Source: an uncultured Chloroflexia bacterium
GTDB lineage: Bacteria; Chloroflexota; Anaerolineae; CG2-30-64-16
Assembly (NCBI GenBank): GCA_963810095.1
Contig: CAWEMM010000013.1
Location: 64,001-128,000, forward strand
Reading direction: 5' to 3'
Length of the DNA stretch: 64,000 nt
Below, in pieces: positions 51,832-62,100 of the stretch (position 1 is its first letter; each line of letters starts with the position of its first letter). Made by a program: the position numbers and the translations under genes. A model generated the notes under the pieces. That model was given only the letters and a program-made list of their open reading frames with translations, ran no database searches and was not told the DNA's origin.

Positions 51832-53592
51832 ATGGCACAGGAAGCCATCGAGTATCAACCCGCCGGATCGCATGTGGCAGCCATCCCGTTCGTGGAGTGG
51901 CTGACGGTGGAGCGCGCGCTGTACGGGCTTGCCACCGTGGTGGCCGTCGGCGTGCGGCTGTGGGGGCTGGGCGACACCGCACTGGGCCCGGCCGAGGCGA
52001 CGCAGGCGCTGCCCGCCTTGGCCGCGGTTCGCGGCGCCATGCCCGACCTCGTCTCGGCCAACCCATTCACGGCAATCAGCCCCCTGCTGCACGTGCTCCA
52101 GCGCGTGACGTTCCTCCTGTTCGGCGCGACGGACGGGACGGCCCGGTTCTGGCCCGCGCTGCTCGCCGGGCTGAGCCCGCTGCTGTTCTACTTCCTGCGC
52201 GGGCGGTTGGGGCAGGGTGGCGCGCTCGCGGCGGCCTTCCTCTGGGCCGTGTCGCCGCTGGGCGTGTGGAGCAGCCGGCTGGGCGTGGGCGATGCGCTGG
52301 TGCCCACACTGAGCCTGGCGCTGCTCGCCGCCGTTGCATGGCCGGGACGAGGACGCACGTGGGCCTTCTTCCTCGGGCTGTTGGCGGGGCTCCTGCTGAT
52401 CGGCGGCTCGAACGCCTATACGACGGTGCTTGCGGCGCTCCTTGCGTTGGTGTGGTTTGCGCGGGACGTGCGTCCCTGGTGGGCGGATGTGCGGCGGCAG
52501 GGCCGCTTCGTGCTGATCGGCTTGGGCGCGACGCTGCTGGTTGCCAGCTTCTTCCTGTCCGAGCCCGCTGGGCTGGCGGCCGCGGCGGCCCTGCCCGGGC
52601 GCTGGCTGTCAGACCTGGTGCCCGGCGCCGGGGAGTATGCCACGCTGGAAATCGGCTGGCGGCTGCTGCTGACGGAGTTGCTCGTGGTTGGCTTCGGCAT
52701 CGCCGGCCTGATCCTGGCGATCCGGCGCAGGGATCGATTCGGCGCGTGGCTGGGCGCGGCGACGGGCATCGCACTGCTGGTGGCACTGGTGGGCCGCGGC
52801 CGGCTGCCGGTCGACCTCGCACTCGTCGCGCTCGGATTGACCCTCCTGTCCGGTCCGGCTATCGCCCGCGTCCTCCAGAACGCCTACGAGTACCGCCGCG
52901 ACCGCGACCACTGGCTGCTGATCCTGGTGTCCATTGCGCTGCTGATCGCGGCCGCGACGGCCATTCCCAGCGGCCTCAACCAGACGAACACGGCAGAGTG
53001 GCGCTCGCTTTACCTCGGTGTCGGCATCGCCTGCTTCATCATGGCGGTAATCGTGCTGGTCGCGTATGGCGTCTGGGACTCCTGGCGCACGGTCGGGGCC
53101 GCGCTGCCGGTGGTTCTGCTTGTGTTCGGGCTGGCCTGGCAGATGGGGCAAATGGTGTCGTTGGCCTACGACCGGGGCGCTTGGCGGCAAGCGGCCATGC
53201 TGCACGAGGCGCCGGCGACCGACTTGCAGGACCTCCAGAAGCTGCTGATCAACTTTGGCGGGCTGACCGGCGGCGGCCGCGATGCGACGATCGACGTCGC
53301 GTGGCCGAACCTGGTCACCGATCCTGCGGTGCCCGTACTGCGGTGGCAGCTGCGCGATTTTGAGTCGGCGCGCTTCTCCGCTGCTCTGCCCACCGCGCCG
53401 GCCCGGGTGGTCATCACGCCTGCGGAGCAACAGGGGCGTCTCGACGGCTACTCGGGCGAGAGCTTCGGCGTGTTGCAGCGCTGGGCGCCAACGGAGTTGA
53501 ACGACTGGCCCTCGATCCTGCGCTGGGTGCTGTACCGTGAGGCGCGCACCCCGGCCGACAAGACGCCGGCGATTTTCTGGGTCCGCTGGTAG
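51832..53592 (+). CDS. degenerate TIGR03663-like GT-C membrane protein
   Basis: Collinear with the downstream gene (RLWGLG, LFGATDGTAR, SP....SR, WQLRDF) but lacks DE and HGP. Confidence 0.75.
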   Translation: MAQEAIEYQPAGSHVAAIPFVEWLTVERALYGLATVVAVGVRLWGLGDTALGPAEATQALPALAAVRGAMPDLVSANPFTAISPLLHVLQRVTFLLFGATDGTARFWPALLAGLSPLLFYFLRGRLGQGGALAAAFLWAVSPLGVWSSRLGVGDALVPTLSLALLAAVAWPGRGRTWAFFLGLLAGLLLIGGSNAYTTVLAALLALVWFARDVRPWWADVRRQGRFVLIGLGATLLVASFFLSEPAGLAAAAALPGRWLSDLVPGAGEYATLEIGWRLLLTELLVVGFGIAGLILAIRRRDRFGAWLGAATGIALLVALVGRGRLPVDLALVALGLTLLSGPAIARVLQNAYEYRRDRDHWLLILVSIALLIAAATAIPSGLNQTNTAEWRSLYLGVGIACFIMAVIVLVAYGVWDSWRTVGAALPVVLLVFGLAWQMGQMVSLAYDRGAWRQAAMLHEAPATDLQDLQKLLINFGGLTGGGRDATIDVAWPNLVTDPAVPVLRWQLRDFESARFSAALPTAPARVVITPAEQQGRLDGYSGESFGVLQRWAPTELNDWPSILRWVLYREARTPADKTPAIFWVRW

Positions 53593-53612
53593 CGCTGAAC
53601 GCTCATGGATCG

Positions 53613-53688
53613 TCACAGAAAGAACCAAAGAAACCAAGGCTCCACAAAGAGCTTTGTGCAACTTGTGTTCTCGGGTTCTTCGCGGTGA
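53613..53688. repeat. periodic palindromic element (..AAG 8-mers)
   Basis: tcacagaaag-aaccaaag-aaaccaag / cttgtgtt-ctcgggtt-cttcgcggtga. Confidence 0.8.
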
Positions 53689-53727
53689 ACGAACGCTCCC
53701 GCAAAAGACATTATCACGGTGGTAACT

Positions 53728-56700
53728 ATGCAGAACGCCGAAACAAAGTCTCCCGGCTTTCTTGACCGGGCCTTTATCACATTCCTGAAACTCGACGGCG
53801 AGAAGATCGCGTGGATCGTTCTGATCCTGATCGCGCTGCTGTCGCGCACCATCATGCTCGGCGCGCGGGCGATGACCCATGACGAGAGCCTGCACACGGT
53901 CTACTCGTTCCAGCTCTTCGACGGCCGCGGTTACCAGCACCAGCCGATGATGCACGGGCCGCTCAAGTTCCTGCTGAACCCCGTCATGTACTTCCTGTTC
54001 GGGGTGAACGACTGGAGCGCACGCATCCAGGTCGCGCTCTTCGGCACGGTCATGGTCGCGGTCGTCTGGGTCATGCGCCGCTGGCTGGGCCGCACAGGCG
54101 CGTTCCTGACGGCCCTCATGTATACCGTTTCGCCTGCGCTCGTGTATCACAGCCGCTACATCCGCGACGAGGTCATGCTGACCAGCCTGCTGGTGATCCT
54201 CGTGATCTGCATGTTCCGCTACCTCGAGGAGCGGTCGCTGCCCTGGCTCGTCGGCACGGCGGTAACGCTGGCATTTGCGTTTCTGACGATGGAGGCCTCT
54301 TTCATCTTCGGCGGGGTGTTCGGCATCTTCCTCGTGCTTGCACTGGCCGCACAACTGCTCACGGCGACGTGGCCGGGGCAGAACGGCGGCGCGCGGCGGG
54401 GCTCGTTCCGGGTTCTTGTCGCCGCGGCGCTGCCCCTGCTGTTTGTTGGCCTGCTCCTGGTAATCTTCAAGGCCAAGATTCCCGGCTTCGCGGCACTTGG
54501 CCTGGGCGGTCTGCTTGCACTCCTGGCGGTCGTGCTCGTCCTGAGCCAGTGGCGCTGGCGGCTGCGCATCTTCCGCGAGTTGGACCTGATCGTCTTGCTC
54601 CTCACGCTGGTGCTGCCGTTCCTGTCGGCCGTCGTGCTCAAGGCGGTGGGCTGGCAAATCAGTCAATTCAACAATCCGGGTCAGATCACGCTCCCGATGG
54701 TGTGGCAGGGGTTCCTCGTCCTGGGCATTCTGTTCGTGATCAGCGCCGTGCTCGGGTTCCTGTGGCTTCGTGAGCGATGGTTTGTCGCAGCGGGCGCGTT
54801 TTGGGCCATCGAGATCCTCTTCTTCACCACCTTCCTCACCAACGGCCAGGGCCTAGGCACGGGCTTGATCGGGTCGCTGGGCTACTGGATCGATCAGCAG
54901 GAGGTCATGCGTGGCGGTCAGCCGTGGTACTACTTCTACCTGATCGTGCCACTGTACGAGTTCATGCCGATGATCCTCAGCTTGATCGGCGGGGTCGCGG
55001 CCATCGTCTGGCTGGTCCGCCACGGCCGCGACGAGGCCCCGGTGACTGCCGAACAGGCGCGGCAGACCGCCGCGGGTGCGGCGGCGGAAATGCCGGCCCT
55101 GGGCGCGCAGAAAGTGGCGCTTGCAGACGCAGCCGGTGCGGCTGACGACGGCGGTTCATCCGCTGCTCCGCTCTCGGTGCGGACGCTTTTCGTCGCCTTC
55201 CTCATATTCTGGCCCACGGCGACCTGGGCCATCTTCACGTATGTGGGCGAAAAGATGCCGTGGCACACCGTCTACATGGCGACGTCGATGGCGCCGCTCG
55301 CGGGCTGGTGGCTCGGCCGGGTGATCGACGGCGTCGACTGGCGGGCGGGGCTGCGCAAGGGCATCGCCTGGCTCCTGTTGATGGTTCCGTTGTTCCTGGT
55401 CGCATTGAAAGCGGTTCTGCCGACCTCGACGCGGCGGCCGTTTGCGGATGTGACGGTCGGTGGATTGAGCAACACAGCGCAATGGCTGCTCGGGCTTATC
55501 GCTGCGCTGGTGCTGATCTACTTCATTTACGACCGGATCGTGGCGCTGGGCTGGGATCAGAGCTGGCGCACGATCGTGGTGAGCCTGTCCGCGCTGCTGC
55601 TGATCTTTACCGTCAGCGTTTCCTATCGTTTCAACTTCATCAACTATGACTACGCGACCGAGCCCATGGTGTACGCCCATTCGACGCCCGACGTGAAGCT
55701 CGCCATGGCGCAGATCGAGGAGCTTTCGCGCAAGACCGCGGGCGACCACGCCATTAAGGTGTCATACGACGACGACTCGACCTGGCCGCTCGAGTGGTAC
55801 CTGCGTGACTACCCGAATAAGCTCTACTTCGGGGCAAATCCATCGCGTGACGCCGTCGACTCCCCCGTCGTGTTGGTGGGCGACAAGAACCTCACGAAGG
55901 TCAAGCCGTACCTGGGCGAGCGGTATTACGAGTTCCCCTACCGGCTGATCTGGTGGCCGCGCGAGACATACAAGGGGCTGACTCTGCAGCGCATCGTCGA
56001 CGGCATTAAGGACCCGGTGCAGCGGGGCCAGTTCTGGGATATCGTGCTGCACCGCCGCTACACGACCAAGACCGCGCAGTGGGACCCGATCCACCGGTTC
56101 AGTATGTTTGTGCGGAAAGACATCGCGTCGCAGGTGTGGCAGTGGGGGGCGGCGCCGGCGACGGGTGGCGGCGAAGGCGTGCCTGCAGTGGACCCGTATG
56201 CAGCGGGCCAGAAGCAGATCGCGGCGGTCCAGCAGATCGGCGTGACCGGGCAGCCGGGGACCGGGCAGGGCCAGCTCAACTTCCCACGGGCCGTCACGGT
56301 CGACAAGGCCGGCAACGTCTACGTCGCCGACTCGGGCAACAACCGGATCGTCGTGTTCGGGCCGGACGGCACGTTCCTGCGCCAGTGGGGCTCGACGTGC
56401 AAGCTCGACACGGGCGAGGGCTGCGTGGACGGCGGCAAGGGGCAGTTCAACGAGCCGTGGGGCATCGCAGTGGGCGCCGACGGCAGCGTGTACGTCTCTG
56501 ACACGTGGAACCATCGCATCCAGAAGTTCACGAACACGGGCGAGTTCGTCACCATGTGGGGGAGCTTCGGGTCGACCGGAGGCGAGTTGGGGCAGGAGAA
56601 CCTGCTCTACGGGCCGCGCACCGTGACCGTCGGACTGGATGGCAACGTCTCGGTCATGGACACGGGCAACAAGCGCGTCCAGGTCTTCACACCCGACGGC

Positions 56701-57129
56701 GCCTTCGTCCAGCAGTGGGGCGGCGGGGGTGTGGTCGAGGGACGCTTTGACGAGCCGGTCGGCCTGGCCCAGGACGGTGATGGCAACTGGTTCGTCGCCG
56801 ACACCTGGAACAAGCGCATCCAGAAGTTCAACCCCGTGTTCGAGTACCAGGCCCAGTGGCCCGTGAACGGCTGGCCGAGCCAGTCCGTCGTGAACAAACC
56901 GGCGCTGGCAGTCGATCCCGAGCGAAAGCTCGTGTACGCAGTGGACCCGGACAACTACCGGGTGCTGGCGTGGGACACGAACGGTGCGTTCAAGGCAACG
57001 TGGGGCATGTACGGCAACGACCAGCAGTCGTTCACCCTGCCGACCGGCATTGCCGTTGGGCCGGAGGGGAAGGTGTACGTGGCCGACGGGGACTCGCACC
57101 GGATCATGATCTTCCCGCCTCTGCAGTAG
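53728..57129 (+). CDS. TIGR03663-family GT-C protein with C-terminal NHL beta-propeller
   Basis: THDESLH, MHGP, SRYIRDE, GEKMPW, WPLEWYLRDY; NHL repeats F..P.G.AV..DG.VYVAD..N.RIQ. Confidence 0.9.
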   Translation: MQNAETKSPGFLDRAFITFLKLDGEKIAWIVLILIALLSRTIMLGARAMTHDESLHTVYSFQLFDGRGYQHQPMMHGPLKFLLNPVMYFLFGVNDWSARIQVALFGTVMVAVVWVMRRWLGRTGAFLTALMYTVSPALVYHSRYIRDEVMLTSLLVILVICMFRYLEERSLPWLVGTAVTLAFAFLTMEASFIFGGVFGIFLVLALAAQLLTATWPGQNGGARRGSFRVLVAAALPLLFVGLLLVIFKAKIPGFAALGLGGLLALLAVVLVLSQWRWRLRIFRELDLIVLLLTLVLPFLSAVVLKAVGWQISQFNNPGQITLPMVWQGFLVLGILFVISAVLGFLWLRERWFVAAGAFWAIEILFFTTFLTNGQGLGTGLIGSLGYWIDQQEVMRGGQPWYYFYLIVPLYEFMPMILSLIGGVAAIVWLVRHGRDEAPVTAEQARQTAAGAAAEMPALGAQKVALADAAGAADDGGSSAAPLSVRTLFVAFLIFWPTATWAIFTYVGEKMPWHTVYMATSMAPLAGWWLGRVIDGVDWRAGLRKGIAWLLLMVPLFLVALKAVLPTSTRRPFADVTVGGLSNTAQWLLGLIAALVLIYFIYDRIVALGWDQSWRTIVVSLSALLLIFTVSVSYRFNFINYDYATEPMVYAHSTPDVKLAMAQIEELSRKTAGDHAIKVSYDDDSTWPLEWYLRDYPNKLYFGANPSRDAVDSPVVLVGDKNLTKVKPYLGERYYEFPYRLIWWPRETYKGLTLQRIVDGIKDPVQRGQFWDIVLHRRYTTKTAQWDPIHRFSMFVRKDIASQVWQWGAAPATGGGEGVPAVDPYAAGQKQIAAVQQIGVTGQPGTGQGQLNFPRAVTVDKAGNVYVADSGNNRIVVFGPDGTFLRQWGSTCKLDTGEGCVDGGKGQFNEPWGIAVGADGSVYVSDTWNHRIQKFTNTGEFVTMWGSFGSTGGELGQENLLYGPRTVTVGLDGNVSVMDTGNKRVQVFTPDGAFVQQWGGGGVVEGRFDEPVGLAQDGDGNWFVADTWNKRIQKFNPVFEYQAQWPVNGWPSQSVVNKPALAVDPERKLVYAVDPDNYRVLAWDTNGAFKATWGMYGNDQQSFTLPTGIAVGPEGKVYVADGDSHRIMIFPPLQ

Positions 57130-57132
57130 CAG

Positions 57133-57207
57133 TCACAGTAAGAACCAAAGAAGAGAAGGTGCACAAAGAAAACTTCGTGCACCTTTTTCTCTTTGTGCCT
57201 TTGTGGT
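57133..57207. repeat. periodic palindromic element (..AAG 8-mers)
   Basis: tcacagtaag-aaccaaag-aagagaag-gtgcacaaag / cttcgtgcac-ctttttct-ctttgtgc-ctttgtggt. Confidence 0.8.
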
Positions 57208-57249
57208 ATATCATAGGTGACGTCATCCACTCACTCAAGGAGGCTTCGT

Positions 57250-57510
57250 ATGCCCGACTTGAAAACCCAGTTCGAGCAGGCCACTCAGGACGTCCAGAAG
57301 TTGCCCAAGAAGCCCGACGACAAGACCATGCTCAGCCTGTACGCGTTCTACAAACAGGCGACCACCGGCGACGTGCAGGGCGCCAGGCCGACCGGGTTTG
57401 ACATGGTGGGCAAGGCCAAGTATGACGCATGGGCGAAGGTCAAGGGCACATCCTCCGACATGGCGATGCAGGCGTACATCGAGCTGGTGAAGCGACTGCA
57501 AGGCAGCTAA
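57250..57510 (+). CDS. acyl-CoA-binding protein
   Basis: LYAFYKQATTGD, AKYDAW; AGGAGG RBS. Confidence 0.95.
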   Translation: MPDLKTQFEQATQDVQKLPKKPDDKTMLSLYAFYKQATTGDVQGARPTGFDMVGKAKYDAWAKVKGTSSDMAMQAYIELVKRLQGS

Positions 57511-57516
57511 TGACCA

Positions 57517-57592
57517 GACACGAAGAACCCCAGAACCTAAGTCGCACTAAGCCGGCCTTAGTAAACCTTCGGGTTCTTCCGTTCTTTGTGTG
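57517..57592. repeat. periodic palindromic element (..AAG 8-mers)
   Basis: cacgaag-aaccccag-aacctaag / cttcgggtt-cttccgtt-ctttgtg. Confidence 0.75.
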
Positions 57593-57687
57593 AAGACAGT
57601 GATCCCAACTGCGACACCTTCCAGGTGACACAATGACGTGTCACCCTTTGCATTTCCCTTGGCAGCTTTGACATCAGGAGGCGCGCG

Positions 57688-58860
57688 TTGAAACTGCAGG
57701 AATTCCAGGCAAAACGCATCTTTGGACAGTATGGCATTCCTGTGCCCTCGGGCGATGTGGCGACGACCCCGGCCGAGGCCCGGGCCATTGCCGAGAAGCT
57801 CGGGGGCGCGGTCGTGGTGAAGTCGCAGGTGCTGGTGGGCGGCCGCGGCAAGGCCGGGGGCATCAAGCTGGCCAAAACGCCCGATGAGGCGGAGCAGGCG
57901 GCCGGCCGTATCCTCGGGATGGACATCAAGGGACTGACCGTCAAGAAGGTGCTCGTCGACCCCGCCGCCGACATCAAGAATGAGATTTACCTCGGCATGA
58001 TCCTCGACCGGGGCCGCCGGCGTGTGATCCTGATGGCCTCGGCCGCGGGCGGCATGGACATCGAGGAAGTGGCGGCGACCACGCCTGAGAAGATTATTAC
58101 GGTGCCGATCGACCCGTGCCTGGGGCTGCGCGAGTACCAGACGCGCGATGTGGCGCTCGCCATGGGCCTGCCGCGTGAGCAAATGGCCCAGTTTACCCAG
58201 ATTTGCCAGGGTCTCTACAACTGTTACATGGGCATCGACGCGAGCCTGGCCGAGATCAACCCCCTGGCGGTGCTCGGCGATGGCACGCTCAAGGCGCTCG
58301 ACGGCAAGATCGTTCTCGACGACAGCGCCCTGTTCCGGCACGCTGACCTGGCGGCTATGCGCGACGAGGATGAGGAGACGGCAGAGGAGAAGGAAGCGCG
58401 ACTGGCGGGGCTGAGCTACATCCAGCTCGACGGGGAAATCGGCTGCATGGTCAATGGGGCCGGCCTCGCGATGGCGACCATGGATATCATCAAGCTGTAC
58501 GGGGGCGAGCCGGCGAACTTCCTCGACGTGGGCGGCGGCGCCAAGGCCGACAAGGTGGCCACCGCGCTGCGCATTATCCTGCGCGATCCAAAGGTCAAGG
58601 CCGTTCTGTTCAACATTTTCGGCGGCATCACGCGGGGCGACGAAGTGGCCCGGGGCATTCTGCAGGCCCTCCAAGAGGTGCCGACCGAGGTGCCGATGGT
58701 CGTCCGTCTGGTTGGCACGAACGCCGAGGAAGGCCGGGCAATCCTGGCCGACGCCCAGATGATGACGGCAGAAACGCTTGCCGAGGCCGCACAGAAGGCC
58801 GTCGCGGCGGCTCTAGGCGCCGGCGCACAGGGGCCTGTCGCACAGGGAGGGCACGTATGA
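57688..58860 (+). CDS. sucC: succinate-CoA ligase beta subunit
   Basis: [40 protein letters not shown]. Confidence 0.97.
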   Translation: MKLQEFQAKRIFGQYGIPVPSGDVATTPAEARAIAEKLGGAVVVKSQVLVGGRGKAGGIKLAKTPDEAEQAAGRILGMDIKGLTVKKVLVDPAADIKNEIYLGMILDRGRRRVILMASAAGGMDIEEVAATTPEKIITVPIDPCLGLREYQTRDVALAMGLPREQMAQFTQICQGLYNCYMGIDASLAEINPLAVLGDGTLKALDGKIVLDDSALFRHADLAAMRDEDEETAEEKEARLAGLSYIQLDGEIGCMVNGAGLAMATMDIIKLYGGEPANFLDVGGGAKADKVATALRIILRDPKVKAVLFNIFGGITRGDEVARGILQALQEVPTEVPMVVRLVGTNAEEGRAILADAQMMTAETLAEAAQKAVAAALGAGAQGPVAQGGHV

Positions 58861-59726
58861 GCATCCTGGTCAACAAAGATACCCGCCTCGTCGTGCAGGG
58901 CATCACCGGCCGCGAGGGCGCGTTCCACACCGAGCAGATGATCGCCTACGGCACTAACGTGGTCGCCGGGGTAACCCCAGGGAAGGGTGGCGGCTGGGCG
59001 GTCGGCAATGTGCCCATCTTCGACAGCTGCGCCGAGGCGGTGAACGCAACCGGCGCCAACGTGAGCATTATCTATGTTCCGGCCAAGGCCGCGCCGGATT
59101 CGATCCTCGAAGCGGCCGACGCGCGGATCCCGCTGGTTATCTGCATCACCGAGGGCATCCCCGCGCTCGATATGCTGCGGGTCCGGGCGTACCTCGACGG
59201 CGTGAAGTCGCGCCTGATCGGGCCGAACTGCCCGGGCTTGATCACGCCGAACGAGGCAAAGGTGGGCATCATGCCCGGGTACATCCACTCCCGCGGCAAC
59301 GTGGGCCTGGTCAGCCGGTCGGGCACGCTGACGTATGAAGTGGTGTACGCGCTCACGCAGCGTGGCATCGGCCAGTCGACGGCGGTGGGCATTGGCGGCG
59401 ACCCGATCAACGGCTCCAGTTTTGTCGACGTCCTGCGGCTGTTTGAAGACGACCCCGAAACCCGCCAGGTCGTGATGATCGGCGAGATCGGCGGCACCGA
59501 CGAGGAGAAGGCCGCAGAGTTCATCGCGACCGAGATGACCAAGCCGGTCACCGCGTTCATTGCCGGGCAGACTGCGCCGCCGGGCAAACGGATGGGGCAC
59601 GCGGGCGCGATTATCAGCGGCGGCAAGGGCACGGCCGCAGACAAAATCCATGCGCTCGAGGGCGCCGGCGTGCGTGTGGCCCGGCATCCTGGCGAGATCG
59701 CCGAGCTGGTCGCTGCTCTGATGTGA
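58857..59726 (+). CDS. sucD: succinate-CoA ligase alpha subunit
   Basis: [26 protein letters not shown]. Confidence 0.97.
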   Translation: MSILVNKDTRLVVQGITGREGAFHTEQMIAYGTNVVAGVTPGKGGGWAVGNVPIFDSCAEAVNATGANVSIIYVPAKAAPDSILEAADARIPLVICITEGIPALDMLRVRAYLDGVKSRLIGPNCPGLITPNEAKVGIMPGYIHSRGNVGLVSRSGTLTYEVVYALTQRGIGQSTAVGIGGDPINGSSFVDVLRLFEDDPETRQVVMIGEIGGTDEEKAAEFIATEMTKPVTAFIAGQTAPPGKRMGHAGAIISGGKGTAADKIHALEGAGVRVARHPGEIAELVAALM

Positions 59727-59736
59727 ACCAGTCGAG

Positions 59737-59826
59737 GCCGCCACGAATTATGCGAATTGCACGAATTTGGCGAATTCCGGCTACAAGGTTCGTTCGATTC
59801 GTCGGATTCGGGTAATTCGTGGCGGC
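59737..59826. repeat. periodic palindromic element (..GAAT 9-mers)
   Basis: gccgccacgaat-tatgcgaat-tgcacgaat-ttggcgaat / gttcgttcg-attcgtcgg-attcgggta-attcgtggcggc. Confidence 0.9.
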
Positions 59827-59842
59827 GCCGCAGGCAGACAGC

Positions 59843-61360
59843 ATGATCGATCAAGTCATCGAGTTTGTACGACGTGAGGGGCGACCGGCGTGGCTGGTCG
59901 GCGGGTATGTGCGCGACCGGCTGATGGAACGCGAGACCCACGACCTGGACGTCATCGTTCCCGACGGCGGTATTCGATTGGCGCGCCGGCTGGCCGATGC
60001 GCTGCACGGGGCGTCCTTCATCCTCGACGCCGCCCGCGACGTCGGGCGCGCTATCATCCCACTCCCGGGCGGCGACTCGCTTGAGGTCGACGTCGCGCGG
60101 CTGCGCGAGCCGGACCTTGCCGACGACCTTGCCCTGCGCGATTTCACCGTCAATGCGATGGCGCGGGACCTGACGCGTGCGGACCTCGCCCTCGTCGACC
60201 CGTTCGACGGCCAGGCCGACCTCGGGCGCAGGCTGCTGCGAGCCGTCACCGAGGGCGCGTTTGTCGACGATCCACTGCGCATTCTGCGCGGGGTGCGCAT
60301 GGTAGCCGAGATGGGCTTCCGGATCGAAGGCGCGACGTTCAACCTGATGCGCCGGGACGCCTATTTGCTGCCTTCTGCCGCGCCCGAGCGCGGGCGCGAA
60401 GAACTGATGCGAATCATTGTCGCGCCTTCGGGCTGGCAACACCTGCGCCTGCTGTCTGAGTTGGCGCTGCTGCAGTACGTGCTGCCTGAGTCGGCCGCGC
60501 AGGTGGGGGTGGCGCAATCGCCGCCGCATTACCAGGATGTTTTCGACCACAGCCGGAGCGTGCTGGGTCACCTGTCCGGCCTCTACGCACTCATTTGGCC
60601 CGGTGGACCGTTCGGCCTGCCCGTTCCGGGCGATGACGCGACAGTCGTCGCGAGCGGGGGCCAGTGGGAGCAGGTAAGCGAGCTTCTGGCGCCCTACCAG
60701 GCAGAATTGCGCGGGCACCTGCAACTGCCCCTGGCGGCCGGCCGCACGCGGCGGGACCTGCTGTGTTGGGCCGCGGTCGCGCACGACTGGGGCAAGCCGG
60801 CCAAGCGGACGTTGGAAGGCGAGACGGGGCGCATCCGGTTCTTCGATCACGATCACTGGGGGGCGCTGTTGGTCGAGGCGCGGCTGGGCGCACTGCGGTT
60901 TTCAGGCGACGAGATCGCCTACGTGGCGCGGCTGACCGACCTCCACATGCGGCCCGGCGAGTTGGCGCACGAATACCCGTTCACCCGCCGAGCGGAGTAC
61001 CGCTTCTTCAGGGATGCGGAGAGCGCGGGGCCCGACGTGGTGCTGCTGAGCCTGGCTGACCATTTGGCCACCCATGCCCGCGCTCCCGAGGCGGGGCGGT
61101 GGGAGACGCGGCTGAAGACCAGCGCCCAACTGCTCGAATCGTTCTTTCGCGCCCATGCGCAGCGTGTGGCGCCTGCCCCGCTCCTCAACGGCCGGCAGGT
61201 CATGGCCGAACTGGACCTGCCGCCCGGTCCGCAGATCGGGCAGTTGCTCGACGGACTCCGCGAGGCCCAGGCAACCGGCGAGGTGCGCTCTGAAGCGGAA
61301 GCGTGGGCGTGGCTGGCGGCGCAGGCCGAGCCGCAGCGGGCGGTGCGAGGACAGGACTGA
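59843..61360 (+). CDS. CCA-adding / poly(A) polymerase family nucleotidyltransferase with HD domain
   Basis: [34 protein letters not shown]. Confidence 0.9.
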   Translation: MIDQVIEFVRREGRPAWLVGGYVRDRLMERETHDLDVIVPDGGIRLARRLADALHGASFILDAARDVGRAIIPLPGGDSLEVDVARLREPDLADDLALRDFTVNAMARDLTRADLALVDPFDGQADLGRRLLRAVTEGAFVDDPLRILRGVRMVAEMGFRIEGATFNLMRRDAYLLPSAAPERGREELMRIIVAPSGWQHLRLLSELALLQYVLPESAAQVGVAQSPPHYQDVFDHSRSVLGHLSGLYALIWPGGPFGLPVPGDDATVVASGGQWEQVSELLAPYQAELRGHLQLPLAAGRTRRDLLCWAAVAHDWGKPAKRTLEGETGRIRFFDHDHWGALLVEARLGALRFSGDEIAYVARLTDLHMRPGELAHEYPFTRRAEYRFFRDAESAGPDVVLLSLADHLATHARAPEAGRWETRLKTSAQLLESFFRAHAQRVAPAPLLNGRQVMAELDLPPGPQIGQLLDGLREAQATGEVRSEAEAWAWLAAQAEPQRAVRGQD

Positions 61361-62098
61361 TGCTGGCCGTCGAGATTGCGGTCGCCAAGGTTGCCAAGTA
61401 CGCGGTGCGCGAGAGCGGCGACTCGGTGGAAGTGATCGAGCGGCCCAACGGCGGGCTTTCCGTCGTGATGGTGGATGGGCAGCGGAGCGGGCTCTCGGCC
61501 AAGGCGATCAGCAATCTCGCGGTGCGGAAGGCGATCAGCCTGCTGGCGGAGGGGGTGCGGGACGGCGCCGTCGCGCGCGACGCACGACTTCCTGCGGACG
61601 CAGCGCGGCGGACAGGTCTCTGCCGAGCTGACTATCCTGTCGGTTGATCTTGAATCGCGCACGATCGTCGTGTCTCGGAACTCCCAATGTCCGGTGATGA
61701 TCTGGGAGGCGCCGTGCGAGGGCGCGGAGCCCAAGTGGACCGCGCTGGACGAGCCGGCCAGCACCGTGGGCGTGGGCAGCCGGGTCAAGCCGGTGATTTC
61801 CGAGCGGGCGCTGGCAGCCGAGCAGGTATTCGTGGCCTTCACCGACGGCGTCCTGCACGCCGGCATGCGCAGTGGGATGCCGCTGAACGTGTCGGCCGTC
61901 CTCGAGGGTCTCTGTGGAGGCGCCCTACCTGCGGCGCAGTTCCTGGCCGATTGCTTGCTAAACGCAGCCCTGCACGCGGATGCGAACCGGCCGGGCGACG
62001 ACACGACCGTCGTCGTCCTTCGGGTCTTCGAACGCCAGCCGGAAGATCCTCTACAGGTCCGGCGAATGACGGTTTCATTCCCCGTGCCGGCGGTTTAG
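61360..62098 (+). CDS. PP2C/SpoIIE-like phosphatase (frameshift near 61575)
   Basis: ESGD, DGQRSG, FTDGV, DDTTVVV. Confidence 0.8.
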
Positions 62099-62100
62099 AA

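Noticed and set aside
53738-53771. Possible fourth in-frame palindrome (ETKSPGFLDR)
   Set aside because: Too degenerate to assign to the agaaacc family
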